Origin: Lachnospiraceae bacterium
Lineage (GTDB): Bacteria; Bacillota; Clostridia; Lachnospirales; Lachnospiraceae
Direction of reading: 5' to 3'
Length of the DNA: 64,000 bases
Assembly: GCA_900766815.1 (NCBI GenBank)
Contig: CAAFWV010000057.1
Coordinates: 7,404 to 71,403, forward strand
The position numbers were made by a program, and so were the translations under genes. Of the stretch, positions 38,714 through 49,205 are shown one piece after another; within the stretch, counting starts at the first letter, position 1; every line of letters begins with the position of its first letter. The notes under the pieces were generated by a model that saw nothing but the letters and a program-made list of their open reading frames with translations, made no database searches and was not told the DNA's origin.

Positions 38714-39412
38714 ATGTCTTTATTTTCTGAATTTGTCAATGACTGGGATGAATTAACCTACGTCCCAACTACACTCGGTAAGGTTGTTCTTGCGCTTATT
38801 ATCGTTGCACTTATTGCAGTCGCACTTGTTTTTGCAAGAAAGAATGCCGTTAAGGACTCTTCCGATAAGAATCCTACAATGAAGCTCACAATTAAGCAGC
38901 TGGCATTCTGCGCCATGTGCTTAGCACTTGCTACCGTATTGTCCGAGATTAAGATTTTCGATATGCCTACCGGCGGTTCCATTACTCTTCTTTCAATGTT
39001 TGTAATAGCACTTCCGGGCATTCTCTTCGGACTCGTTCCCGGAATTGTAACTGCTGTTGCCTATGGTATTCTTCAGCTAATTATAGATCCATATGTACTT
39101 TATCCAATGCAGTTAGTAGTAGATTACATCTTAGCCTTCGGTGCACTTGGTCTTTCAGGCCTTTTCTATGGTAAAAAGGGCGCAGTAATTAAGGGATATA
39201 TAGCCGCTGTTATCGGAAGATATATATTCTCAGTTATTTCAGGCTGGATTTTCTTTGGAGCCTATGCATGGGAAGGTTGGAATCCTCTTCCATATTCATT
39301 GGCTTACAATGCAGCATATATCTTTGCAGAGGCCGCGCTTACAGTTATTATCTTAGCTATTCCGCCTGTTAATAAGGCTGTTTGGCAGGTAATTAAGCTT
39401 GCCAACGAATAA
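38714..39412 (+). CDS. thiT: ThiT-like ECF-type thiamine transporter S-component
   Basis: Six-TM small membrane protein directly downstream of a TPP riboswitch; RBS AAGGAGG. Confidence 0.7.
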   Translation: MSLFSEFVNDWDELTYVPTTLGKVVLALIIVALIAVALVFARKNAVKDSSDKNPTMKLTIKQLAFCAMCLALATVLSEIKIFDMPTGGSITLLSMFVIALPGILFGLVPGIVTAVAYGILQLIIDPYVLYPMQLVVDYILAFGALGLSGLFYGKKGAVIKGYIAAVIGRYIFSVISGWIFFGAYAWEGWNPLPYSLAYNAAYIFAEAALTVIILAIPPVNKAVWQVIKLANE

Positions 39413-39446
39413 TACCAAACAAGTATATCAGTATGTAACTCAAAAG

Positions 39447-39473
39447 AGCACCGTGATTCGGTGCTCTTTTACT
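39447..39473. terminator. Bidirectional terminator between thiT and addA (convergent)
   Basis: AAAAGAGCACCG-tgat-TCGGTGCTCTTTT. Confidence 0.55.
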
Positions 39474-39477
39474 GCAT

Positions 39478-42400
39478 TTATAGCTTTAGAAGTTCATCAA
39501 ATTTGAATGAATAGATCAGCTTCTCACCCACCGGTATATTGATTATGCGTTGCAGGCTTTCCTCATAATAATCAAGCTGCGTATGGTATCTTGACGACAA
39601 ATCCTCTATCTTAGCGACATTGTCCGTCTTATAGTCCAGAAGGACAATCTTCCCGTCTTCTATGAAAAATAGGTCAATAATTCCCTGTATAAGTACATTC
39701 TCCTCATCAGGAAAGCTATCATTAAGACGTTTTGCAGCAATTCCAAGCACAAAGGGCTGCTCCCTGTACAGCTTGTTATCATATGCGGCCCGTCTTATTC
39801 GCCTGCCTATATTACTGTTAATAAAGCTTAGAATCTTATTTTTATCAATAAGCGAATATTCATCAAAGTTTAGTCTGCCCTCGAGAATACACTGACTCAT
39901 TTGGTCATCCAGCCACTGCTCATCAACGCAGATATTATCACCTGTTATCTTACAATAATCTATAAGCTCCATTATCCTATGATAGGCACTTCCAACCTCA
40001 GCTCCTCTGCCATCATCAAACTCAGGTATCAGCTTACCGGTCTGCATTTCCTCTTTTTCAACCTCAGGCAGATGCATTGCTGCCATCTTCAATTCGGATA
40101 CGGAGGTCTTGGTGATCAATCCTTCAAGTTCACTATGGGGATATGTAAAGTTAATATTATTAACAATAAGAGAATCCTTTTTTTCGGTATTAATCAGTCT
40201 TCTCAGTTCATTCTCAGTATTTTCCAGCCTGAGAATATCATTCACATCTTCACCCATAATATCAATAAGCTTAATTCTCCTAAGCTCTATACTGCTCTTC
40301 CAGTCATCATCGAACCGACATGACAGCAAGATATCCATAAATGAAGAATATCCCTTCTTAACGGCATAGTTAATAGGGCCTGCAGAGCTTGAATTACTAA
40401 ACCTTTTCTCATCTGACACTGACGTCATTATGAGTTTTTCCTTTGCCCTTGTCATAGCGACATACAAAAGTCTCATTTCTTCTGAAATGGTATCAATATT
40501 CAGTCTTCCTGATATAAATTTCTTTCTGAAGTCATCATACCTGGCACGTGTGTCACAATTTAAATAATTCATTCCAAGACCATATTTGTTATGGAATACA
40601 ATCTCAGCCTTTGAATCTGTCATATTGAAATTGTGTGCCAGATTAGAAAGAATACATACAGGGAATTCCAGCCCCTTGCTGCCATGCATGGTCATGATTC
40701 TGACTACATCTGCATTCTCATCCAGCGTTACTGCTTCTCCCTCATCAGTGTTATATTTTCTTATCTTCTCAATCATCCTGATGAAGTTGAACAGTCCTCT
40801 GAAGCCATCCTCTTCAAACCTCGATGCTTTACCCATAAGTGCCCTTATATTAGCACATCTCTGCTCTCCCATGGGAAGAGCGCCCATATAATTCATATAA
40901 TCCGAATCATATATTATTTCTCTAAGAAGTTCATGAACCGGAGTATACAGGGATTTCCTGTTATAATCATCCCTTTTGGACAGGAAGTGCTTACTTTTGT
41001 CCCTGACCCTTACAAGTTCTTCAGCATTTAGACTTGTGTGGTCAATCAGAAGGGATTCCATATCACATGTTACGAGTTCTCGCATCGCCTGATACAGTGT
41101 GGTCTTAAAGCAGCCCCTGAGTATTGCTATATCCTCATCACTCATATCTCCAAATAAAGACCTCAGGCTTCCAAACATTGCAATATCATCATTCGGATTG
41201 TTGATCACTCTGAGATAATTAATAAGTGTTGTTATTTCTTTTGTATCAAAATATCCTGTCTTAGATGTAATAAAGCTCGGAATCCCCTGTTTATCCAGAC
41301 AGCTCTTCAGCTTTGGATTAAGTGCACTGTTCCTAAGAAGCACAACAATATCTCTGTAACTAATATCTCTTTCCTGCTTTTTCTCACTGTCATATACTCT
41401 GAAGCTGCCCATTAACTCCTTTATCGTAGAAGCTATCAGCATACATTCCGCTTCGGACTTATCAATTCCTTCTGCCTCGCAGTCCTCAATGGTCAGATAT
41501 CTGAATTCGGTTTTATGATCGACATCATTATCAGGATAATACTTAGCCCCAAAGTTAAGTCTTTGAGCATCATCATAAACTACATTCCCGAATTCCTCAT
41601 CCATCACTCTCTCAAATACAGCATTTACACTGTCAATAACCTCAAGCCTGCTTCTGTAATTGGTGGATAAATCTATTCGTCTTTTCTTAGCAGTATTATC
41701 AACAGAATATTCACAATATTTTTCCATAAACAGCTCCGGATTGGCGTTTCTGAATCTGTATATACTCTGTTTGATATCTCCGACCATGAATCGGTCAAAC
41801 TTAAGCTCCTCTTCGCCGGATATTGCTCCGATAAGAGCCTCCTGGATATAATTGGAATCCTGGTACTCATCAACCATTATTTCCTTATATACTTCCCTGT
41901 ATTCTCTTGCAATAGAACTGGGAACATACCTATCGCCTTCTTTATTCAGAAGAATTTGAAGAGACAAATGCTCCATATCCGAGAAGGTGATAAGTCCACG
42001 TCTTCTCTTCTCTTCATCAAGATTACGGACGAATCTCTCCGTTATGGAAATAAGGCAATTGATACACCTGTTATTTATTTTGGAGTGAGCAATTTCTGTC
42101 TCTGCATCAAAATCTATTCCCGACAGAGAATCATTAATTAGTTTTTTATACGAATCCCGCATCTTCTTTATTTCATCAACAGCATCCTTGTCGTCAGCCT
42201 TTGTTCCGGATGCCCTTGCAAAGGTAAGCTCGCGCAGAGCCTTTATCCTTTCATACGCCGAATCTGCAGCTGCACACGCCTTCATCGACTCTATGTCTTT
42301 GCTTATGGCACCGGCATAGCCGGTAATTTCGTGATCGAGGGCATATTCCTCACCCTTGCCTGCAATTGATATGGCCGAATCAAGCATCTTCATACAGTCA

Positions 42401-43053
42401 CTAACAGCTTCTGTATACAGTGGATTACTCTCAAACTCTTCCACGCCAGACACCTGATAATCCTTACGCCTGTCTTCAAGATAATCCATTACAAATGGGG
42501 AATTCTCCGCATTCTCGTAAAGGTCAGTTATAACGGACTTTAACAGGTCCAGATTAGCTTTCCTTGTAAATCTTCTTACCGTCTCGTCAAGATAATCTAT
42601 ATCCTTATTTGAAAAGACCTCTTCAAGGGTTCTGTCAAGAACCTCCTCCTTAAGCAGCACAATTTCATTATCAAGTGCAGGTCTGAAACCCGGTTCAAGT
42701 CCTATCTCAGTAAAATTGTTTTTTAGAATACTAAGTGCAAAGCTGTCAATAGTTGATATCTGTGCATTATATATTAATAGCGACTGTTTTTTTAGATGTT
42801 CATTATCGGGTTGCCTTGCTATTTCTTCCCTAATTGCATTGGCTATCCTGTCCCTCATCTCTCCTGCCGCAGCAATAGTAAAGGTAAGAACCAGGATTTC
42901 ATCAATGTTAACCGGATTGACGGAATCCATGATTCGACCAAGGATTCGGTGTACAAGTACGGTAGTTTTACCGGAACCTGCTGCAGCCGATACCAACAGA
43001 TTGGCATCTCTTGATTCAATTACCTGTGTTTGTTTTTCATTAAATTCGGGCAT
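39478..43053 (-). CDS. addA: ATP-dependent helicase/nuclease subunit A (UvrD-like SF1 helicase plus C-terminal RecB nuclease)
   Basis: MPEFNEKQTQVIESRDANLLVSAAAGSGKTTVLVHRI...; 1191 aa; the 14-nt overlap with addB is typical of addBA. Confidence 0.95.
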   Translation of the reverse strand: MPEFNEKQTQVIESRDANLLVSAAAGSGKTTVLVHRILGRIMDSVNPVNIDEILVLTFTIAAAGEMRDRIANAIREEIARQPDNEHLKKQSLLIYNAQISTIDSFALSILKNNFTEIGLEPGFRPALDNEIVLLKEEVLDRTLEEVFSNKDIDYLDETVRRFTRKANLDLLKSVITDLYENAENSPFVMDYLEDRRKDYQVSGVEEFESNPLYTEAVSDCMKMLDSAISIAGKGEEYALDHEITGYAGAISKDIESMKACAAADSAYERIKALRELTFARASGTKADDKDAVDEIKKMRDSYKKLINDSLSGIDFDAETEIAHSKINNRCINCLISITERFVRNLDEEKRRRGLITFSDMEHLSLQILLNKEGDRYVPSSIAREYREVYKEIMVDEYQDSNYIQEALIGAISGEEELKFDRFMVGDIKQSIYRFRNANPELFMEKYCEYSVDNTAKKRRIDLSTNYRSRLEVIDSVNAVFERVMDEEFGNVVYDDAQRLNFGAKYYPDNDVDHKTEFRYLTIEDCEAEGIDKSEAECMLIASTIKELMGSFRVYDSEKKQERDISYRDIVVLLRNSALNPKLKSCLDKQGIPSFITSKTGYFDTKEITTLINYLRVINNPNDDIAMFGSLRSLFGDMSDEDIAILRGCFKTTLYQAMRELVTCDMESLLIDHTSLNAEELVRVRDKSKHFLSKRDDYNRKSLYTPVHELLREIIYDSDYMNYMGALPMGEQRCANIRALMGKASRFEEDGFRGLFNFIRMIEKIRKYNTDEGEAVTLDENADVVRIMTMHGSKGLEFPVCILSNLAHNFNMTDSKAEIVFHNKYGLGMNYLNCDTRARYDDFRKKFISGRLNIDTISEEMRLLYVAMTRAKEKLIMTSVSDEKRFSNSSSAGPINYAVKKGYSSFMDILLSCRFDDDWKSSIELRRIKLIDIMGEDVNDILRLENTENELRRLINTEKKDSLIVNNINFTYPHSELEGLITKTSVSELKMAAMHLPEVEKEEMQTGKLIPEFDDGRGAEVGSAYHRIMELIDYCKITGDNICVDEQWLDDQMSQCILEGRLNFDEYSLIDKNKILSFINSNIGRRIRRAAYDNKLYREQPFVLGIAAKRLNDSFPDEENVLIQGIIDLFFIEDGKIVLLDYKTDNVAKIEDLSSRYHTQLDYYEESLQRIINIPVGEKLIYSFKFDELLKL

Positions 43054-46000
43054 CAGCCAGTTCCTCTCTTATCATGTACAGGATTTCTTCATCAGGTTTA
43101 CTTGGAATCTCTTCTTTGACATAGCCCGGAATATTACTGTCGAATCCACATACCCCCTTATAGTCACAGTATTCGCAGGAATCTGAGCAATTGGAGGATG
43201 ATGTATAAATTTTTACCGGGTTAATATCAATTCGTCCTTTAATAATATCGTTAGTTATTGATAATATCTTTCCTTCCGCATATGAACAGAGCATGTCAAG
43301 GTCTCTCCTGTCTATCACCTGTGAGCTTGAATAAAATCCACCATCCTTTTTTCGCTTTACCCTGATTACATCCGAATCACTGTTCATGCTTGTATCGAGT
43401 TCACTTATTACGGAATCATCTGCATTAATAAGGCCCTTTCCCCTTAATTCCCTAAGTACCTGCCTCTGAACCTCTTCTTCACTCATCTCTCCGGATGCAG
43501 CCACAACAGGATCAGCCATATGATAATAAAGCATTGCGGCAGGCACTGTCTTTTCTCCCGGATTACCTTCTGCAACACTGTTAACAGCTTCAGACAAATA
43601 TACAACCAGCTGTAATTGCGTACCCTTGTAAAAATTCATAAGCGAAAAGTCTCTGTTTCCCGACTTGTAATCCACAACCTTTACCAGAATTCCATTATCA
43701 GTCCTTGCAGTGTCCACCCTGTCAATTCTTCCGGTCAGATGAACCTCAGGCTTTTCTTCGGATGAGCTGTTGCCGTTAGTAAAATTTAAAATACGATTAA
43801 ACTTATACTCATATTTCATCGGTTCAAAGGCACTGTCCTTTAGCTGCTTCTGCAGTGTCATTACAGTCCTGAGCATAATTGATTGCATCTGTTTTGTAAT
43901 ATATTGATTTGTATTGTTTTCATAAAGAAGGGCATCAACATACTGTGCAGCCTGTGTTTCTAAAGCAACCGCAATAAGTTCTTTGGCAGTATCTTCATCA
44001 AAGGTTCTCCAATTCAGTCCCCTTTCCTTAAGAAGCTTAATAAATATCTCCAGAACGCTGTGGTAGATGGAACCCATATCACTTGTTTTTAATCCGTATT
44101 CCTCCTTACTCTGAAGATTGAGCATATATTTTAAGTAATAAGAATATGCGCACTTTGCATAGGTTTCAATTCTGCTGACCGAAGTATATATTTTCGCACC
44201 GTTTAACAGCATGGCTATTCTCTGATCCAGCCTCTTAAGCGCATACTTAGAACATACTCTGTCTATAAGCTTATCAGCATATTCCTTATCATCGACCAAT
44301 ATAGTCGCGATTTCCGATATCATATGTTTTTCTTCATCCGACAGCCTGTTCTCGGCTCCTTTTCTTGCAAGAAGTCTTAATTTGGTACGGGCCTCTCTCT
44401 GAGTACTTATCATATTGGAATATCCGAACTTCTCTTCTGATGATGGAATGGATTTAAGGATTTTCCCTATTTCACCTATTACATATGAAGGCCGCATAGC
44501 CTTAGAATCATTATCCATAGACGAATATGAAATATATATCTCATCGCTCGGCTTGGTCAGATTGGAATACAGATAGAATCTTCCAATGTACATCTTCTCT
44601 CTCGGAGATGGTGCAAGCTCCATGTCTGAGCCTGTCAGGAATTCTCTGTCTGCATCAGAGATAATGCCTCCGATTCCTCCGGACTTTGGCACCCATCCGT
44701 CATTCATTCCGATAAAGAACAGAACCTTAACCTGATTCAGTCTGGTTCTCTCCATATCTCCGACAATTACTCTGTCAACAGCCTTAGGGATTATACCAAC
44801 CTCAAGCTCGCTAAAGCCCGAATCAAGAATTCTGTAATATTCCTCAAGAGAGATCTCCTCATCGCCTATTAGATTTTTAATCTGTTCAAAAATACCAAAT
44901 GTTTTTTCATATATCTGTGAGTATTCCTTCTCTCTTTCATAATCCTCCTCATTTCCAAAACAGGCTGCCATCTCTTCAAGATGCTCTTTAGCATTATTTC
45001 TTTCAAGATATCTCATAAGATAATCTGTAAAAGTTCCTGCATATGTTTCCTTATTCTTTGCAAACCCTCCCCCGATTAAGTCACTGTTGAAAGCAAGGAT
45101 ACGGCTTCTAAGCTCGTTCAAATATTCTAAGGCTTTAACACTCTCTTCCGGTTCCATGTCCCTGATAGCCTTATGTTTCTTAGAGAAGGCCTTATTATAG
45201 GCATAAAAGCCCCTAATTCCGCACTGAAATATATAATCCTCGAATACGTTGCTTTCTTCACTGTTAAGCGGAGAAAATCCGCATCTTAAATATTGAACAA
45301 CAGATTCGTATGTAAAGTCCTTAATATACATATTCAATGTTGCCCTTATGAATTCTACGAAGGGATTTAATGCAATCTCTTTTGTTTTATCGATATATAC
45401 CGGAATTTCATACTCATCGAAAATCTCGGCAATGTCGCTTTCATATTCATTCAGATTGCCTGTGATAACCGCAATATCCCTGTATGTATACCTTTCAGTC
45501 AAATTACGTATGTTATGTGCGAGCAATCTGACCTCTGCTCTTATATTTTTGCATCTATCAATATAGACATGGTTAACCTCTCCCGAATACTCTTTGGTCT
45601 TATCAACAAAAAGACTTTCGGCGAGTGCCAAAAGCTCCGGCGAGGAATTAAATCTATACTGTTCTCTTAACTCTGTCCCGTCCTCAACTTCAATATTATT
45701 ATCGTCGCACATCCTTATGAGCTTATTCATTGTAGACCTTGTCAACATGAATCTGTCAGCGTCACAATTGACCGCTTTAGTCATATTAGCATCTTCCAGG
45801 CACAACGTAATAACAACCGTTTTGCAGCACTTGAGCAACGCAAGGATTACCTTATTCTGTATGGGGGTAAAACCGGTAAATCCATCAAGTATAACAAACG
45901 AGTCCGACATTAGCTCAGATTTATATATCTCTCCTGCGAGAACGTCCATAAGTCCCTCAGTTGTTATATATTTACCGTCTATATACTCCAGGAAATATTT

Positions 46001-46498
46001 ATATATGACACTTAAGTCATTGAGTTTTCGCGCAAGGGTTTTCCTATTTGATGAATATGCATATTCTGTAAGCTCAAGAACTCCATCAGCATCTATTCCA
46101 TATTGCATGAATTCCGAAATAGCTGATTTAATCTCATGAATGAACCCCGGTTTATTAAGCTTGCCTGCCAGATATGGAATATCCTGTTCAACCGCTTTGG
46201 CACAGGTTCTTAATATCAGATTCTTACCCGTATCATCCATAACAGGTGTTCTTCCTCCACCTGTCTCTCCAAAGATTCTGTAAGCAAGTCTCTGAAAGCT
46301 CAGCACCTCAATATTCATAATGCCCTTTCCGGGCGACATATTAACCAAATCGGCCTGTGTCTGCATGGTGAACTGGTCCGGGACAATCACAAATACCCTC
46401 GAATTAAGGTTTTCACCCGCAATCCTTAGTGCCTGCTCGAATACATATTTACTTTTTCCCGAGCCGCTCGGGCCTGTAACAAATCTGAGAGCCATCAT
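43040..46498 (-). CDS. addB: ATP-dependent helicase/deoxyribonuclease subunit B (inactive helicase fold plus FeS-containing RecB nuclease)
   Basis: N-terminal P-loop GPSGSGKS; C-terminal Cys cluster CSDSCEYCDYKGVC with nuclease motifs; 1152 aa. Confidence 0.95.
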   Translation of the reverse strand: MMALRFVTGPSGSGKSKYVFEQALRIAGENLNSRVFVIVPDQFTMQTQADLVNMSPGKGIMNIEVLSFQRLAYRIFGETGGGRTPVMDDTGKNLILRTCAKAVEQDIPYLAGKLNKPGFIHEIKSAISEFMQYGIDADGVLELTEYAYSSNRKTLARKLNDLSVIYKYFLEYIDGKYITTEGLMDVLAGEIYKSELMSDSFVILDGFTGFTPIQNKVILALLKCCKTVVITLCLEDANMTKAVNCDADRFMLTRSTMNKLIRMCDDNNIEVEDGTELREQYRFNSSPELLALAESLFVDKTKEYSGEVNHVYIDRCKNIRAEVRLLAHNIRNLTERYTYRDIAVITGNLNEYESDIAEIFDEYEIPVYIDKTKEIALNPFVEFIRATLNMYIKDFTYESVVQYLRCGFSPLNSEESNVFEDYIFQCGIRGFYAYNKAFSKKHKAIRDMEPEESVKALEYLNELRSRILAFNSDLIGGGFAKNKETYAGTFTDYLMRYLERNNAKEHLEEMAACFGNEEDYEREKEYSQIYEKTFGIFEQIKNLIGDEEISLEEYYRILDSGFSELEVGIIPKAVDRVIVGDMERTRLNQVKVLFFIGMNDGWVPKSGGIGGIISDADREFLTGSDMELAPSPREKMYIGRFYLYSNLTKPSDEIYISYSSMDNDSKAMRPSYVIGEIGKILKSIPSSEEKFGYSNMISTQREARTKLRLLARKGAENRLSDEEKHMISEIATILVDDKEYADKLIDRVCSKYALKRLDQRIAMLLNGAKIYTSVSRIETYAKCAYSYYLKYMLNLQSKEEYGLKTSDMGSIYHSVLEIFIKLLKERGLNWRTFDEDTAKELIAVALETQAAQYVDALLYENNTNQYITKQMQSIMLRTVMTLQKQLKDSAFEPMKYEYKFNRILNFTNGNSSSEEKPEVHLTGRIDRVDTARTDNGILVKVVDYKSGNRDFSLMNFYKGTQLQLVVYLSEAVNSVAEGNPGEKTVPAAMLYYHMADPVVAASGEMSEEEVQRQVLRELRGKGLINADDSVISELDTSMNSDSDVIRVKRKKDGGFYSSSQVIDRRDLDMLCSYAEGKILSITNDIIKGRIDINPVKIYTSSSNCSDSCEYCDYKGVCGFDSNIPGYVKEEIPSKPDEEILYMIREELADARI

Positions 46499-46538
46499 CT
46501 TCTCCTTAAATTAAATAATAGGAGTTACTTAACTCCTA

Positions 46539-47312
46539 TTATTTCTTTGCTCTATATTCAGGATCTGCAGGATATCCACCCTTGAGCTTCTGCATAGCAC
46601 GCTGAAGAGCATCTTTGCTATCCTTCCAGTCGGCATCCTTATTCTGATAATCAAACTTCTCTATCAGCCAAGAAACATCTCCATACAATTTATTCAGCTG
46701 CTCCTTCATCAGAGGGATGAAGGTATCTGCAAACTCCTGCTGTTTATTTTCCGGAATGCATCGACCGGCATAGTCAAGAAGATCACTGAAGTGAGGCAGA
46801 CAGAAACACCTGCTATTCCTAACCTTCTCAGCAAACTCGACATCCTTATCATACATCTCGAAGAAAGTCTTCATGTATCTGTCATAGTGGTTACTGAATT
46901 CGTTACATATATAACAGCTTCTGCTTCTCTTATTAACCCATTCGGTGATTGAGTTATTCTTAGCAGAATCCTCTCTGCCCTTCTTGCCAATAATTGCCTT
47001 AAAACCGTTAGGAGTAGTCTTATAAGCACCGAAGCTTTTCTCTGCATCCTCAATCGTATGCTGAAGATATGTCTTCATAATCCAGGCATTACCTAACGTA
47101 TTCCCATATTGAAACATCTTACGGTAATGCTCCCTGCAGAAGCCCGCCTTATCGGTAGCATCCCTTACATCGCTTTCCATATATGTAGAGCCTGAACCAA
47201 GTACGAAATCCATCATGTCCTGCTCAATTTTTCTCTCTATATAGCAAAAGGGACATTCGTCCCCTGCATTTACCGCATCATTAATCGGTATATTATATAA
47301 TTTTTCCTTCAT
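46539..47312 (-). CDS. Cysteine-rich hypothetical protein (CxxC ... C ... CxxC ... CxC), function unknown
   Basis: CPFCY, GFCREH, CYICNEF and CFCLPHF pairs suggest metal binding. Start overlaps the stop of the upstream GGDEF gene (TGATG). Confidence 0.5.
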   Translation of the reverse strand: MKEKLYNIPINDAVNAGDECPFCYIERKIEQDMMDFVLGSGSTYMESDVRDATDKAGFCREHYRKMFQYGNTLGNAWIMKTYLQHTIEDAEKSFGAYKTTPNGFKAIIGKKGREDSAKNNSITEWVNKRSRSCYICNEFSNHYDRYMKTFFEMYDKDVEFAEKVRNSRCFCLPHFSDLLDYAGRCIPENKQQEFADTFIPLMKEQLNKLYGDVSWLIEKFDYQNKDADWKDSKDALQRAMQKLKGGYPADPEYRAKK

Positions 47313-49021
47313 CAGTTTCTCTTATTCCTAACCTCTTCTCCAAGCTCCTTGTGCATACGAACCTTATTGGCATACATCATATCGTCTGCATCCTTGAACA
47401 GTCTGTCATAGATATCCACATCGCCCTTATGGAACTTCCTGGTTGCATATCCCACAGCAGTCGATATTTTATACTGGCTGTTAAGATTATAAGTATCAAT
47501 ATTATGCTTAAGTTTTTCAACCAGATTGAGTGCCATATCGGCATGGCCTACTACAATGGCTGCAAACTCATCTCCACCCAGTCTGTATACCGAGCCATAC
47601 CTCTCAAAGGTCTTCTTAAGGCACTGAGCCAGACCCGTAAGAAGCTGATCTCCGGCTTTATGTCCAAATTTATCATTGGTAACCTTAAGGAAATTAAGGT
47701 CGAACATATACAGAATAACTGTCTTTCCGTCCGCCACAGTATTATTCTCGAGATTATCGAAGAAGCCCTCAAAGCTTGCCCTGTTCTCAAGACCCGTAAG
47801 TGAATCGGCAAAAGCCATAGTCTTGTATGTAAATACATCATTCTCATCTTCCATAACAACCATGAGTCTGCGTCCTATGGTAGCCAGCATAAACGAGGCA
47901 TTTATTGTAAGCCCCAATCCCATAATCGCAAGGAGATAAGTCTCAGACAGCGAATCATGCTTAAGCATATATCCGATACCGACAAACAGGAAAAGAACAA
48001 TAAGTCCTGTAGTAATAATCCTGCAATCCAGATCCCTTCTGAAATTGCTCATTGCAAAAAGGAATACCAGAACAACAACAACAGTTGTATACGCCTTGGT
48101 CATCCAAAGTGTATCCATCGGATCTGCAAAGCCGACAAAGAACAGGATCACATTGAAGATTGGAATAAGCCAGCCAAAGGTCTTGAACCACTCGAGGCTC
48201 TTCTTACCGGAAGGCAGTACCCTCTCCATGAATCCGCAGAATGCTATCGGTATAATAGACATAAAGGTATATCTCATCAATGCACAGGCTTCACTTGCAT
48301 TGGTAACAAACTGCGGCAGATCCGACGCAAAGAACATCCAACATGCAACAGCCAGGCAGAACAATGCAAAATAGCCCATATTACGGATATCACCCTTCGA
48401 AGAACTAGCCTTAAGATATATCCACATCGCAGAAGCAATGAGGAATAATGTCACAAGAATAAGTATAAGAACAAGCTCTAACAGATTGTTGGTAAGAACA
48501 TATCTTGTAAGAGCGATTTCTGTTCCGTACATCGGAGCCATATAATTGACTTCCATGGAATAGTACGGCGTATACTCTATCATTATATCTTCGCCGGCCA
48601 TAGTTGCATTCAACGGAACCATCATACGGATATTTCCGACCAGCTTGCCATTGTCAAGCTGCTTGTTGACACCGAACTCGCCGATGATATTATCATTATG
48701 ATATACTCTGGTCTTACCAAAGTAAGTATTTATCATAAGAAATGTATCATGAGAAGCATTACCGGGAACCGTGTCATAGAAATAATACGAAATACCCTTA
48801 GAAGCCTTAAAAGAATAAGGAGAGCTTACCTCACCCTGGCCCTTGGTTCTCATGGAACCGTGAAGAATAACACTGCCATCAGTCTGAAGCTTAATCTTTT
48901 CACTTGATGAGAAATTAAAGGCATAAACTACGAGAACAAGCATCAGAACCAAGAGTACCTTGCTCAGTACTCTTGAAGTATATTTCAATTCCTCTCTGTT
49001 CTTGAAATCAACCTTTGCCAT
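47312..49021 (-). CDS. Diguanylate cyclase: periplasmic sensor (7TMR-DISM-like), 7 TM, GGDEF
   Basis: GGDEF active site RLGGDEFAAIV; RxxD-less; N-terminal signal/TM plus ~170 aa extracytoplasmic domain, then seven hydrophobic helices. Confidence 0.85.
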   Translation of the reverse strand: MAKVDFKNREELKYTSRVLSKVLLVLMLVLVVYAFNFSSSEKIKLQTDGSVILHGSMRTKGQGEVSSPYSFKASKGISYYFYDTVPGNASHDTFLMINTYFGKTRVYHNDNIIGEFGVNKQLDNGKLVGNIRMMVPLNATMAGEDIMIEYTPYYSMEVNYMAPMYGTEIALTRYVLTNNLLELVLILILVTLFLIASAMWIYLKASSSKGDIRNMGYFALFCLAVACWMFFASDLPQFVTNASEACALMRYTFMSIIPIAFCGFMERVLPSGKKSLEWFKTFGWLIPIFNVILFFVGFADPMDTLWMTKAYTTVVVVLVFLFAMSNFRRDLDCRIITTGLIVLFLFVGIGYMLKHDSLSETYLLAIMGLGLTINASFMLATIGRRLMVVMEDENDVFTYKTMAFADSLTGLENRASFEGFFDNLENNTVADGKTVILYMFDLNFLKVTNDKFGHKAGDQLLTGLAQCLKKTFERYGSVYRLGGDEFAAIVVGHADMALNLVEKLKHNIDTYNLNSQYKISTAVGYATRKFHKGDVDIYDRLFKDADDMMYANKVRMHKELGEEVRNKRN

Positions 49022-49205
49022 GCTTTCCTCACTTAATATACCAAAGACATATACTCACAAAATCGCCTCGCTTTTTCGTGGTACTTTGGTACTACTAAAT
49101 TATAGCACATATTTTTCCATATACAACAAAATTTTACCATATTTTTGCTTATAATGGCACTGTTTTTTGTATACTATGTACCAAATATATGCGTCAAATC
49201 TTAAA

